Positions 21,049 to 36,277 of a stretch of 64,000 nt of DNA are shown here, one piece after another. How positions within the stretch are numbered: position 1 is the stretch's first letter; every line of letters begins with the position of its first letter. The notes beneath the pieces are model-generated. The model saw only the letters and a list, made by a program, of their open reading frames with translations. It was not told the DNA's origin and did not search any database. The translations under genes and the position numbers were made by a program. This stretch comes from an uncultured Chloroflexia bacterium (GTDB lineage: Bacteria > Chloroflexota > Limnocylindria > Limnocylindrales > CSP1-4), in the NCBI GenBank assembly GCA_963813335.1, contig CAWEYL010000001.1:512001-576000 (forward strand). Reading direction: 5' to 3'.

Positions 21049-23737
21049 GTGAGCCCCACCCGTCGCCGACGCCCGGCCGACACCGCCACTGACGAGGCCG
21101 CCGCGGCCACCGCGGAAGCGGTCGGCACGGCCTTCGCCGCGCTCGACGACGCCGCCGCCACGCCCGACGAGCCCGCCTGGCTGCGGGACGCTCCCGGCCC
21201 GGGCGACGACCCGGCGGGCAGGGCGCCGGCCGCCGATCCGGCCGCTATCGCCGCGCGCCGCGCCGCGCGCATCGAGGAGATCGTCCGGGCCCTCAACCCG
21301 GAGCAGGCGCGGGCCGTCACGACGACCGAAGGGCCCCTCCTGATCCTTGCCGGAGCCGGGTCGGGCAAGACGCGCGTGCTCGCCCACCGGATCGCCTACC
21401 TCGTGGGGGTCAACGGGGTGGCGCCCTGGCGGATCCTCGCGGTCACGTTCACCAACCGCGCGGCCGCCGAGCTCCGCGAGCGGATCATCAGCCTCGTCGG
21501 CGAGCCGGGCCGCGACGTCCAGGCCGGCACGTTCCATGCGTTGTGCGCGCGGGTCCTCCGCCAGGACGGCGAGGCCATCGGGGTCGACCGCCGCTTCGTG
21601 ATCTACGACACCGACGACCAGCAGTCGCTGATGAAGCAGATCCTCAAGGAAGAGGACATGCCGCTGACCGGCGAGTTCCGGCCGAGCGCGGTCCTCGGCG
21701 CGATCAGCCGCGCCAAGAACGAGATGCTGGACCCCACGTTCCTGTCCGAGAACGCCGCGAACCACCGGGAGCGGACGATCGCGCGGCTGGCGTCCCGCTA
21801 CCAGGCCCGCCTCCGGCAGTCGAAGGCGCTCGACTTCGACGACCTGTTGCTCGAGGCCGTCCGCCTCTTCGACGAGGCCCCCGACGTGCTCGCCAAGTAC
21901 CAGGAGAAGTGGCGCTACCTCCACGTCGACGAATACCAGGACACCAACCGGCGCGCAGTACCTGTGGGTCAAGTCCCTGGCCGCCGCGCACCGCAACCTG
22001 TGCGTCGTCGGCGACGACGACCAGTCGATCTACAGCTGGCGTGGGGCGGACCTGCGCAACATCCTCGACTTCGAGCGCGACTGGCCGGACGCGACGGTCG
22101 TCAAGCTCGAGCAGAACTACCGCTCGACGCAGCTGATCCTCGACGCCGCCCACGCCGTGGTCTCGCGCAACAGCGCCCGCAAGGACAAGAAGCTCTGGAC
22201 GGAGAACCAGGGCGGCCTCCGGATCCAGCGCTTCGAGGCCTACAACGAGGACGAGGAGGCGGAGTGGATCGCCCGCCAGGTCGAGAGCCTCGTCGGGGGA
22301 CGGGGGAGCGCGCTGACCCGGCGCGCCGACGACGACGAGGCGGACCAGCGCTTCCGGGCGCGCGACATCGCCGTGATGTACCGGATGAACGCCCAGTCCC
22401 GCGCGATCGAGGAATCGTTCCTGCGCTACGGGATCCGCTACCAGCTGGTCGGGGGCACGCGCTTCTACGCCCGGCGCGAGGTCAAGGACGCGCTGGCCTA
22501 CCTGCGGATCCTCCGCTCCGACACCGACAGCGTCAGCTTCGAGCGGATCATCAACGTCCCGGCGCGCGGCATCGGCGACAAGACCATCGAGGTCCTGCGC
22601 GCGGCCGCCGCTCGCGAGGACGGCACGACCTGGGGCGCGATCGAGGCCGCCGCGAACGGCACGCTCGAGGGGCTCGCGCCACGCACCCGCAACGCGCTGG
22701 CCGAGTTCGCCGCGCTGGTCCGCCGGCTCCGGGCGCGGATCGGCGTGCTGGCCCTCCCCGAGCTGCTCGACGAGGCGCTGGAGGCGTCGGGCTATCGGGC
22801 GATGCTCGCGGACGGCTCCGAGGAGGGCGAGGAGCGCTGGGCCAACCTGCTCGAGCTGCGCCTCGTCACCACCCGTTACGACGACCTCGCGCCGGACGAC
22901 GCGCTCGACCGGCTGCTCGAGGAGACCGCCCTCGTGGCCGATCAGGACTCGTACGAGGGCGATGCCGACGCGGTGACGCTGATCACGCTCCACGCCGCCA
23001 AGGGCCTGGAGTTCCCGGTGGTCTTCATCGCCGGCCTCGAGGAGGGGCTCTTCCCGCACAGCCGGGCCCTCGACGACGAGAAGGAGCTCGAGGAGGAGCG
23101 CCGCCTCGCGTACGTGGGCATCACCCGCGCGAAGCGGCGGCTGTACCTGTCGCACGCGTGGCGCCGCGCGACCTGGGGGATGGGCCAGGCCGCGGTCCCG
23201 TCGCGGTTCCTGCTCGAGATCCCGGCCGAGCTGATGGTCGGCCCGCGGCTCGACGGCGACGACGACCGCGAGCTGGACCTCGACCTCGTCTTCGGGGCGC
23301 GGCGGACCAGCCGCTTCAACACGCCGACGCGGGGGAGCGGCGGGCGCGGGGCGTTCCGCGAGGGCAGCGGCCGGCCCGGCGCACCGGTCGCCGGTGAGCC
23401 GTTCCGCCCGAGCCGCGACCTCGCCGCGAAGCGCGAGGCGTTCGCCGCCGGGGCGCAGTCCGGCTCGCTGCGCCGTCCGGTCCGGGCCTGGGACGACGAC
23501 CTCGAGACGCCGGCCGCGGCTCGGCCCGCGGCCCCGGCCGCCCCGCGTCCGGTCATCCCGGGCGAACGCCGGTTCCGCGACGGCGACCGGGTGCGCCACG
23601 GCCGCTGGGGCGATGGCATCGTGGTGACCTCGAAGCTCACGCGCAGCGATGAGGAGGTCACGGTCGCGTTCAAGGACCCCGCGGTCGGGCGCAAGCAGAT
23701 GCTGGCGAGCCTCGCCAACCTCGAGATCGTCGGGTGA
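21049..23737 (+). CDS. pcrA: UvrD/PcrA DNA helicase (frameshift ~21952)
   Basis: LNPEQ, AGAGSGKT, TFTNRAA, VDEYQDTN, VGDDDQSIY, LEQNYRST, TLHAAKGLEF, EERRLAYVGITRA, C-terminal Tudor-like GDRVRH. Confidence 0.95.
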
Positions 23738-24825
23738 GCGACGGGAACACGGGCCTCGAGGGGGTGGTGACCCTGCGCGATTTCGAGCCGCTCGCCCGGG
23801 CCGCCATGGACCCGGCCGCCTTCGGCTACGTCGCCGGCGGGTCGTGGGACGAGGTCACCCTCGCCGAGAACGAGGCGGCCTGGCGCCGCCGCCGCTTCCG
23901 GCCGCGCGTGCTCGTCGACGTCTCGGCCATCGACCCGTCGACGACGATGCTGGGCGTCCCGGTCGCCATGCCGGTCGCCGTCGCGCCGATGGCGGTCCAG
24001 GGCCTGGCCCATCCCGACGGAGAGCTGGCGGCCGTGCGCGGCGCCGCGGCGTCCGGCGTGCCGTACATCCTCTCGACGACCTCGTCGCGCTCCATCGAGG
24101 AGGTCGCCGCCGCGGCCCCCGACGCGACGCGCTGGTTCCAGCTCTACGTCCAGTCGGACGTCGCCCGGACACGCCCCTTGGTGGAGCGCGCCGCGGCGTC
24201 CGGCTACGGGGCGATCGTCCTGACGGTCGACCTCCCGGTACTCGGCTATCGCGACCGCGATCGGCGCTCCGGGTTCGCGCTGCCGCCGCTCGGCAACTTC
24301 CGCGAGGTCGGTGCCACGCACGGCGGCCACGCCGACGGCGAGCCGGAGTTGCAGCACGAGACGGCGCTGACGTGGGCGGACCTGGCCGAGATCCGGAGCT
24401 GGTCGAACCTGCCGCTCGTGCTGAAGGGGATCCTCACCGCCGAGGATGCCCGGATCGCCGTCGAGCACGGCGTCGACGCGATCATCGTCAGCAACCACGG
24501 CGCCCGGCAGCTCGATCGTGTCCAGCCGGGGATCGACGCCCTGGCGGAGGTGGTGGCGGCGGCCGGCGGCCGGACGGAGGTCTGGGTCGACGGCGGCGTC
24601 CGCCGCGGCCTCGATATCGCGATCGCCCTCGCCCTCGGCGCTTGCGGCGTCCTCGTCGGCCGGCCGGTCTACTGGGCGCTGGCGGCCGGCGGGCAGGCCG
24701 GCGTCGAGCGCGCGTTCGCGATCTTGCGCGACGAATTCGAGATCGCGCTCGCCCTGCTTGGCGCCCGGACGCCCGCCGAGGTCCGCCCCGAACACCTCGT
24801 CGATCAGGGGACGACGCCCGCCTGA
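23734..24825 (+). CDS. FMN-dependent alpha-hydroxy acid oxidase/dehydrogenase
   Basis: WFQLY, LTVD, LKGI, SNHGARQLD, DGGVRRG motifs. Confidence 0.92.
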   Translation: MSDGNTGLEGVVTLRDFEPLARAAMDPAAFGYVAGGSWDEVTLAENEAAWRRRRFRPRVLVDVSAIDPSTTMLGVPVAMPVAVAPMAVQGLAHPDGELAAVRGAAASGVPYILSTTSSRSIEEVAAAAPDATRWFQLYVQSDVARTRPLVERAAASGYGAIVLTVDLPVLGYRDRDRRSGFALPPLGNFREVGATHGGHADGEPELQHETALTWADLAEIRSWSNLPLVLKGILTAEDARIAVEHGVDAIIVSNHGARQLDRVQPGIDALAEVVAAAGGRTEVWVDGGVRRGLDIAIALALGACGVLVGRPVYWALAAGGQAGVERAFAILRDEFEIALALLGARTPAEVRPEHLVDQGTTPA

Positions 24826-24969
24826 GCGATCCCGAAGCGCGACCCCGTCGTCACCGCGCCGGCATCGTCCGCCGGAGCCGTTCCGTGGCAGGGTGGAGGT
24901 CGAGTGGTCCGCTTCGCGGGTCCCGGTGACCGCTCCTTCCTCCCCTTGACGACCCTTCGAGGCTTTCCC

Positions 24970-25197
24970 ATGTCCGAACACGCCCGGATGCTCGACCTGA
25001 TCGAGCGTACCGTCGATCTCGACCCTGCCTGCCCCGCCTGCGGCGCCCCGACCACGGTCGCCGAGCGGGGTGGCCATCTCTTCCTCGTCTGCACGGCGGC
25101 CGAGGCCGCCGACGGCCTGGTCGCCCGGATCGAGGCGGTATTCACGCCACACGTCCGACGCGAGATCGTCGACCTCGCGGAGGCCCTCGCCGCCTGA
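24970..25197 (+). CDS. Small putative Zn-binding protein
   Basis: 75 aa, CPAC...C...H, GC3-biased codons. Confidence 0.6.
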   Translation: MSEHARMLDLIERTVDLDPACPACGAPTTVAERGGHLFLVCTAAEAADGLVARIEAVFTPHVRREIVDLAEALAA

Positions 25198-27827
<2,630 letters not shown>

Positions 27828-27837
27828 GGAGGATCCG

Positions 27838-28359
27838 ATGACCAGCCCCGACCCGATCCGCGACGCGGCTGCCTACCAGCAGAGCCTGCTGGCCGCGCTC
27901 GGCGGCGACGACCCCGCGGAGGTCCAGGCGGCGACGCCCGCGGTGATCCGCGCCCTCGTGGCGGAGGCGGGGCCGGACCTGCGCACGCGGCCCGAGCCGG
28001 GCGAGTGGTCGGTGCTGGGGTGCCTCACCCACATCGCCGACGCCGAGCTGGTCATGGCCGGCCGCTACCGCTGGGTGGTGGCCCACGACGAGCCCGAGAT
28101 CATCGGCTACGACCAGGACCTGTGGGTCGCGCGCCTCCACGAGGGCGACGACCCGGCGGCGATGCTCGCGCTGTTCGAGGCGCTCCGGGCGGCGAACCTG
28201 GCCCTCTGGGCGAGGACGTCTCCCGCCGACCACGAGCGGATCGGCCGGCACCGCGAGCGCGGCGCGGAGAGCTTCGACCTGATGTTCCGGATGATCGGCG
28301 GCCACGACCGGGTCCACCTCGCCCAGGCCCGGCGGGCGCTCGCGCAGGTCCGCGGCTAG
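27838..28359 (+). CDS. DinB family protein
   Basis: RPEPGEWSVLGCLTHIADAE, YDQD, GHDRVHLAQ. Confidence 0.85.
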   Translation: MTSPDPIRDAAAYQQSLLAALGGDDPAEVQAATPAVIRALVAEAGPDLRTRPEPGEWSVLGCLTHIADAELVMAGRYRWVVAHDEPEIIGYDQDLWVARLHEGDDPAAMLALFEALRAANLALWARTSPADHERIGRHRERGAESFDLMFRMIGGHDRVHLAQARRALAQVRG

Positions 28360-28372
28360 GGCCGCGGCTCGG

Positions 28373-28900
28373 TCAGCGTCGCCGGACGGCGTAGCGCTCC
28401 ATGAGCTCGCTCACCGCGGCGCGGGCCGCCGCCCATTCGGGCTGATCGCCGAAGATCTCGCCGTCCGCCCCCCAGCGCCGGAGCTGGGTCATCGCGGTGA
28501 CGATCGCGTCATGGGCGATCTGGCGCTGCCGGCCCGCCTCGATCTGGCCGGTCACGAGGTAGCGGCGCACGACGTCGAACGGCGCCGTCCAGCGGCCCCA
28601 GCGGAGCCGGTCGCCCTCGCGCAGCGTCTCGAGCCACTCGTCGTCGCCGACGGGATGGCGGTCGTGCTCGGCGCGATGGTGGACGAGGTCCACCCGCAGC
28701 CCGGGGAGTGCCAGGCTCGGCAGGCGCCCGTCCTCGTCGACCGTGACGTAGCAGACGGGACAGACCGGGAGCTCGGCGTCCGCCCGCGGCGCGGCGCCGT
28801 ACGGGAGGCCGCAGCGCCGGCAGAACGTCACGTCCGCCCGGACCGCTGGCGTGCCGCACTGGAGGCAGACCGGGGTCGCGGCGGGGATGGTGGAGGTCAC
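28373..28900 (-). CDS. Multi-Zn-ribbon hypothetical protein
   Basis: CLQCG, FCRRCG, CPVC..HxxxH; leaderless CATCCT 6 nt before GTG. Confidence 0.7.
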   Translation of the reverse strand: MTSTIPAATPVCLQCGTPAVRADVTFCRRCGLPYGAAPRADAELPVCPVCYVTVDEDGRLPSLALPGLRVDLVHHRAEHDRHPVGDDEWLETLREGDRLRWGRWTAPFDVVRRYLVTGQIEAGRQRQIAHDAIVTAMTQLRRWGADGEIFGDQPEWAAARAAVSELMERYAVRRR

Positions 28901-28991
28901 CCGGGCAGGATGCGGGCGCGCGCCCGGGTCCTCCAATCACCCCATCGAGGGAGCGACGGTCAGCCAGGAGTCCGGTGCGTCGGCGCCACAC

Positions 28992-29852
28992 CTAGCCGAG
29001 GGCATGGTTGAACTGGCCCCAGATCGCCTCGGGCTGCCAGTCGAGCGGCTCGCCGCGGGCCAGTCGCGGCGCTCGCCAGGCCTCGGTCCAGCCGGCGGTG
29101 ACCAGGCGCTCGAGCCCCGCCGCGTTGTCGGCGAGGACGCCGGCCCGGACGTGGCGGTCCGGCCCGGTGCGGCGGCGCCGCGCTTCGAGGATGGCGAGCG
29201 CGACCTCGGGATCAGGGGCGATGGTGGCGCCGCCGCCCCACGGCGCCCGGACCACGAACCCGGCGAGCCCGTCGGCCGGGTCGTCGAGGACGGTGGCCGA
29301 GTCTGGCGTCGCGAACGCGCGCAGCAGGTGGGCGCGGTCCTCGCCCGTCGCGGCGCGGTCGAGGCGGGCCATCGCCCCGAGGTCGTCGGGGCGGAACGGA
29401 CGGACCCGGGGGTCGGGCGGGCCAGCGGCCATGCGACCGCTTGCGTCGGGGCCGGTCCCGGGCGCCTCCACGACGACGATCGAGGTCTGGAGCTCGAAGC
29501 CCAGCTTCTCGTAGAGGGGCCGGCCGACCTCCGTCGCGACGAGGACCGAGGTCCGGCAGCCGGCGTCGGCCGCCACGTCCATGACCGCGCCGGTGAGGCG
29601 CTCGCCGATGCCTTCGCGCCGCCGGTCGGGGACGACCCAGATCGTGCCGATCCAGGCGACCGGTCCGTTGACCGTGGCGACCGCGCTCCCGAGGCGCCGG
29701 CCATCCGCGTCGACCGCGACCACCGGCCGGCAGGCCGGGTGGGTCACGACGAACTCGAACCACGCCTGGCGGGCGCCCCAGTGGTCCGCGGCGATGGCGT
29801 CGGCGAGCGGGCCGCTGTCGTCCGCGGTCATCGGCCGGATCTCGATCCCCAT
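28992..29852 (-). CDS. GNAT family acetyltransferase (two-domain, YitH-like)
   Basis: VVPDRRREGIG, ATEVGRPLYEKLGF, DRAATGEDR. Confidence 0.88.
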   Translation of the reverse strand: MGIEIRPMTADDSGPLADAIAADHWGARQAWFEFVVTHPACRPVVAVDADGRRLGSAVATVNGPVAWIGTIWVVPDRRREGIGERLTGAVMDVAADAGCRTSVLVATEVGRPLYEKLGFELQTSIVVVEAPGTGPDASGRMAAGPPDPRVRPFRPDDLGAMARLDRAATGEDRAHLLRAFATPDSATVLDDPADGLAGFVVRAPWGGGATIAPDPEVALAILEARRRRTGPDRHVRAGVLADNAAGLERLVTAGWTEAWRAPRLARGEPLDWQPEAIWGQFNHALG

Positions 29853-29858
29853 GTCGGC

Positions 29859-29898
29859 ATCGTACCGAGCGCCTGCCCGGCCGGTGGCCCGGTATCAT
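29859..29898. promoter_or_regulatory. Back-to-back leaderless promoters (GNAT and gatC)
   Basis: Minus TACGAT 29864-29859 and plus TATCAT 29893-29898, each 6 nt from its ATG. Confidence 0.65.
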
Positions 29899-29904
29899 CG
29901 GGGC

Positions 29905-30201
29905 ATGGCCACCCTGACCCGCGCCGACGTCGAGCACGTCGCCCACCTCGCGCGCCTCGGGCTGACGGACGAGGAGCTCGGCCGTCTCGAGGGGCAGCTC
30001 AACCATATCCTCGACCAGTACGCGATCCTCGCCGAGGTCCCGACCGACCACATCGCCCCGACGGCGCAGACCATCGAGCTGGAGAACATCCTGCGCGACG
30101 ACGTCGTCGTGCCGTCGCTGCCGGTCGCGGACGTCGTCGGCAACGCCGCCGAGCACGAGGGCGACCTGATCGTGGTGCCCGCCATCCTGGGCGGCGACTG
30201 A
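29905..30201 (+). CDS. gatC: Asp/Glu-tRNA amidotransferase subunit C
   Basis: MATLTRADVEHVAHLARL...LRDD...VPAIL. Confidence 0.95.
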   Translation: MATLTRADVEHVAHLARLGLTDEELGRLEGQLNHILDQYAILAEVPTDHIAPTAQTIELENILRDDVVVPSLPVADVVGNAAEHEGDLIVVPAILGGD

Positions 30202-30206
30202 GCGCG

Positions 30207-31739
<1,533 letters not shown>

Positions 31740-31818
31740 TCCACCCGGCCGACATCGGGCCGAGCGGCACTTGGCGGGACTGCCGCCACGCGGCGCAGCA
31801 TCCTCGCGGAGGTGACAC

Positions 31819-32674
31819 ATGCGAGCCCGTTTGATGCTGGCCGGCGTGGCCGTCGGGCGTGGCGGCCGGGATGGCCGTCTCGCAAGCCCGCCAGTGGCGG
31901 CGGACCTGGGGGATCGATCCCGATGAGACCACCCGGGCGCTGCCCGGCGACGACGTGGTCACCGATCCCGTCGCGAGCGAGACCCGTGGGATCACCATCG
32001 CGGCGACCCCCGACCGCATCTGGCCGTGGCTCGTGCAGATGGGCTTCGGCAAGGCCGGCTGGTACAGCTACGACCAGCTCGACCAGCGCGGCGCGAGCTC
32101 GGACGAGATCGTCCCGGCGTGGGGCGAGCTCAAGCTCGGCGACATCATGCCGACCCATCCGGGCGGCGGGTTCGAGGTCGTGGAGTTCCAGCCCGACCGG
32201 GCGCTGGTCCTGCGCTCGGACACCGCCCTCGTGCAGGCGCAGGCCCAGGCCTGGGCGGCGCGGACCGGCAGCGAGCCGGTCGAGACGTCGACCCGGGGCG
32301 TCGCGGCCTCGGGCGCGATCCTGAACCAGACCCCCCAGCAGTTCTCGGCCAGCTGGGCGTTCGTCATCGAGCCGCTCGAGGGCGGGCGGTCGCGCCTGAT
32401 CGAGCGCTTCCGCGTCTGGTACGGCGAGTCGGGCATGGCGTCGCACGTGGTGATGCCGGTCGTCGGCTTCGGGGTCTTCGTGATGATGCAGCGTCAGATG
32501 ACCGGCATCCGCACCCGTGCGGAGCGCCTGGCCCGGACCCGCGTGACGCCGCCGGCGCCGATCCACCCAGAGATCCCGGCCGAGCCACGGCCGGCCGGGG
32601 AGCCGATGGCACCAGCGAAGCCGTCGGCCAAGGGTCCGAGCGGCCCCGAGCTTGTCACCGCGCCCGCCGACTGA
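31819..32674 (+). CDS. SRPBCC-like hypothetical protein (frameshift ~31858)
   Basis: GGAGGTG SD and ATG 31819; WG..E...LPGD, IWPWLVQMGFGKAGWYSYD, MMQRQMTGI motifs. Confidence 0.75.
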
Positions 32675-32761
32675 CGACGGGCGCCGATCGGGGAGCGCGC
32701 CGGCGGCCGCGAGCCGCCGGCGCGCGGTGGGGCGCCCGGATGCCGTAGGCTCAGGGGCGTC

Positions 32762-33958
32762 ATGACGACCGACCGCCTCGTGCCTCTTGCGGAGCGTGCG
32801 CTGGCCCAGCGCGTGCTGGACGTGCCGCCGTCCGGGATCCGCCGGTTCTTCGACATCCTCGCGACCATGGACGACGTCATCAGCCTCGGCGTCGGCGAGC
32901 CCGACTTCGACACGCCACGCGCGATCGTCGAGGCCGGCGTCGAGTCGCTCCGCGAGGGGCGCACGCACTACACCTCGAACTACGGCACCCTGGAGCTGCG
33001 GCGGGCGCTCTCCGAGCACCTCGAGCGGCGCTACGGCGTCCGCTACGACCCGGCGACGGAGATCCTCATCACGGTCGGGGCGTCGGAGGCGGTCGACCTC
33101 GCCCTGCGAGCGACGTGCGACCCGGGCGACGAGGTGATCCTCCACGAGCCCTCCTACGTGGCCTACGTCCCGGCGATCGTCTTCGCCGGCGGGACCGTCC
33201 GCCACGTGGCGACACGCTTCGAGGACGACTTCGCGCTGGACCCGGCGGCCGTCGAGGCCGCGATCACGCCGCGCACCAAGGCGCTCTTCCTCGGCTATCC
33301 GTGCAACCCGACCGGGGCCGTCCTGCCGCCGGCCATCCAGGACGCCCTGGCCGACATCGCGGTCCGTCACGACCTCCTCGTCTACAGCGACGAGATCTAC
33401 GACCGGCTGGCCTACGGGACCTACACCCATCGCGCGATGAGCGCGCTGCCGGGGATGCGCGAGCGGACGATCCTGATGGGCGGCTTCTCGAAGGCGTACG
33501 CGATGACCGGCTGGCGCGTCGGCTACGTGGCGGCGCCCGCGTCGATCCTCGAGGGCATCGTCAAGGTCCACCAGTACGGGATCATGTCGGCGCCGACGAT
33601 GGCCCAGGACGCCGCGCTGGTGGCCGTCATCGAGGGCGAGCCGGACGTCGAGCGGATGCGTGCCGAGTACGACCGCCGCCGCCGGCTGATCGTGGACGGG
33701 CTGAACGCGCTCGGCCTCGAGACGTTCGAGCCGCGCGGCGCCTTCTACGCGTTCCCGCGGATCACCTCGACCGGGCTGACCGACGAGGCCTTCACCGAGG
33801 GCCTTCTCACGCAGGAGCGCGTCGCGGTCGTGCCGGGCAGCGCCTTCGGGCCATCCGGGGCCGGCCACGTGCGCATGTGCTACGCGACGTCGTACGAGCG
33901 GCTCGAGGAGGCGCTCCGCCGGATCGGCCGGTTCGTCGAGCGGACGCGAGCCGCCTGA
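32762..33958 (+). CDS. PLP-dependent aminotransferase class I/II
   Basis: LGVGEPDF, NPTG, SDEIY, GFSKAYAMTGWRVG. Confidence 0.95.
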   Translation: MTTDRLVPLAERALAQRVLDVPPSGIRRFFDILATMDDVISLGVGEPDFDTPRAIVEAGVESLREGRTHYTSNYGTLELRRALSEHLERRYGVRYDPATEILITVGASEAVDLALRATCDPGDEVILHEPSYVAYVPAIVFAGGTVRHVATRFEDDFALDPAAVEAAITPRTKALFLGYPCNPTGAVLPPAIQDALADIAVRHDLLVYSDEIYDRLAYGTYTHRAMSALPGMRERTILMGGFSKAYAMTGWRVGYVAAPASILEGIVKVHQYGIMSAPTMAQDAALVAVIEGEPDVERMRAEYDRRRRLIVDGLNALGLETFEPRGAFYAFPRITSTGLTDEAFTEGLLTQERVAVVPGSAFGPSGAGHVRMCYATSYERLEEALRRIGRFVERTRAA

Positions 33959-33988
33959 CCCGAGGGCGGGCCGGACCGCCCGGACCGC

Positions 33989-35356
33989 TCAGGCCAGCGT
34001 TTCGTCGTAGTCGATCGCGCGGCTGCCGGGCGAGATCGCGCATCCACCACCCGCTGTCCTTGACGACCCGTCGGAGGTCGTCCTCGACGTCCACCCACGC
34101 GATCCCGAAGCGCTGCGTGTAGCCGGCCGCCCACTCGAAGTTGTCCAGCAGGGACCAGGCGAAGTAGCCGCGGACGTCGCAGCCGTCGTCGATCGCCCGG
34201 GCGAGCTGGCCGACGTGGCCGGCCAGGTAGTCGACGCGGTCGGCATCGTGCACGCGCCCGTCGGCGCCCGGGCCGGTCGGCTCCGCGCACCCGTTCTCGG
34301 TGATGTAGATCGGCTTGCCGTAGTCGCGGTGCATCCGCATGACGATGCGGTGGAGCGCCGCCGGCCAGACCTCCCAGTCCATGGTCGTGCGCGGCCCGGT
34401 GCCCGGGATCGCGCCGGAAGGCGGAAGGGCCGCCCTCCGGGTCGTGGGCGACGATGACACGGGAGTACATGTTGAGGCCGATGAAGTCGAGCTCGGTCGC
34501 CATGGCCGCCATGTCGCCGGGGCGGATGTCCATCGACTCGAGGGCCGCATCCTGGTCGACGAACGCGCCTGGGTACGAGCCCTTCAGGACGGGGTCAAGG
34601 AACCAGGCGTTGCGTTGCGCGTGGAAGCGCTCCCCGGCGGCCAGGTCGAGCGGGTCGCTTGAGGCCGGGTACACCGCCTCGACGTCGACCGCCGTCCCGA
34701 TCCGCGTGCCGCCCGGCGCCGCGGCGCGTGCCGCCCGGACGCCCTCCGCGAGGGCCAGGTTCGCGATATGGCTCGACCCGCATCGCGAGCGCCGGTTCAC
34801 GGAGCCCGGGCGCATGGGTGCCGAGCTGGTGGCCCAGGAACACGAAGATCCACGGTTCATTGAGCACCATCCAGGTTCGGACCCGGTCACCGAGCGCCCC
34901 GACGACCGTCTCCGCGTACCGCGCGAGCTCGCCGATGACCTGGCGGTCCCCCCAGCCGCCCCGATCCTGGATCCATGTCGGTAGGTCCCAGTGGTACAGG
35001 GTCGGATAGGGCTCGACGCCGTTCGCGAGCAACTCGTCGACGAGCCGCCGGTAGTAGTCGAGGCCGCGCTGGTTCACGGCGCCCCCGGGCTCCGGGAAGA
35101 TCCGCGGCCACGCGATGCTGAAGCGGTACCCGCTGAGGCCGAGCTCCCGCAGGATCGCCACGTCCTCGGGGTAGCGGTGGTACTGGTCGCACGCCACGTC
35201 GCCCGTGGACCCGTCGACGATGTTGCCGGCGGCGTGGGTGAACCGGTCCCAGATCGACTCGCCCTTCCCGTCGGCCTGCCAGGCGCCCTCGACCTGGTAG
35301 GCCGAGGTCGCCGCGCCCCAGACGAAGCCGGACGGGAACGTCCCCTGCCTCACCAT
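33989..35356 (-). CDS. GH1 beta-glucosidase (several frameshifts)
   Basis: FVWGAATSAYQVEG, YRFSIAWPRI, TLYHWDLP, LNEP, ITENG, WSLLDNFEWAAG. Confidence 0.93.
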
Positions 35357-36277
35357 GGCGCGGGCTCGTCGATCCGCCGTGACAGCGCCTCTCGCCAGCG
35401 CAGCGGGTCGTCCGAGGGGATGTCGCGGACCTCCCAGCGCTCGTCCAGGGTCGTCGAAGCGCCTGGCGCCAGGACGGCCAGCGGGCCGAGGACCTCCAGC
35501 TCGATGAAGCGCGAGCCGCAGTAGGTCTCCACGTTGCATCCGAGGTCCGGGTGCGGCGCACCCGGGACGGGCTCGAAGCGGCGCACGATGGCGACCCCGT
35601 CCCGGACGTAGGCGACCCAGCCGGAGTCGTCCAGGCAGCCCACCTTGAGGTCGGTCCCGGCGATGGCGTCCACGGTCACCAGCCCGTCGTGGATATGGAG
35701 GCGGGGGTCGTCCAACGACGAGTACGGCCACAGCACGAGGGCGCGGTTCGGCCGCGTCTCGTGCCCGGCGACCGCCCAGCGCAGCGGCAGCAGCGCCTCG
35801 CCCGCCGAGGGGCAGCTGCGTGATCGACCAGGGTGCCAGCTCGAGCGGGTGCGACCCGAGATTGTCGACCCGGTGGAGGATGGACAGCGACGGCAGGACC
35901 GGGTCGAGCCGAACCTCCATCGAGCGGACGCAGCCGGTCGGGGACTCCTCGGCCCCGGTCAGCCGCACGCCGTCGGCGAGGAGCTCGACCGCAAGCCCCT
36001 CGGAGTCCGGGACGGCCGCCCGCTCGGAGTCCTCGGGCGCCAGCCACAACCGGTGTCCGCCGAGGAGCTCGTAGCGCCCGAGCGCCGTCTCCCAGCCGAG
36101 GTCCGGCGTCTCGGCGAGGAGATTGGCCGGGGAGCCGTGGCGCCGCAGGCCGACGATCCGGGGCCCCGCGGCGGCGAGCATCTCGATGACGATCGCGCCG
36201 TTGGCGATGCGCAGGGTCGGGCGCCCGTGGAAGTCCCCGGGCGTGGTCCGGACGCCGATGTCGTCCGACTCGATCAT
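35350..36277 (-). CDS. Galactose-mutarotase-fold / DUF4380-like protein (frameshift ~35800)
   Basis: GPRIV, GGHRLWLAPE, APWSIT, VETYC, FIELEVLGPL motifs; coupled to both neighbours. Confidence 0.65.
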
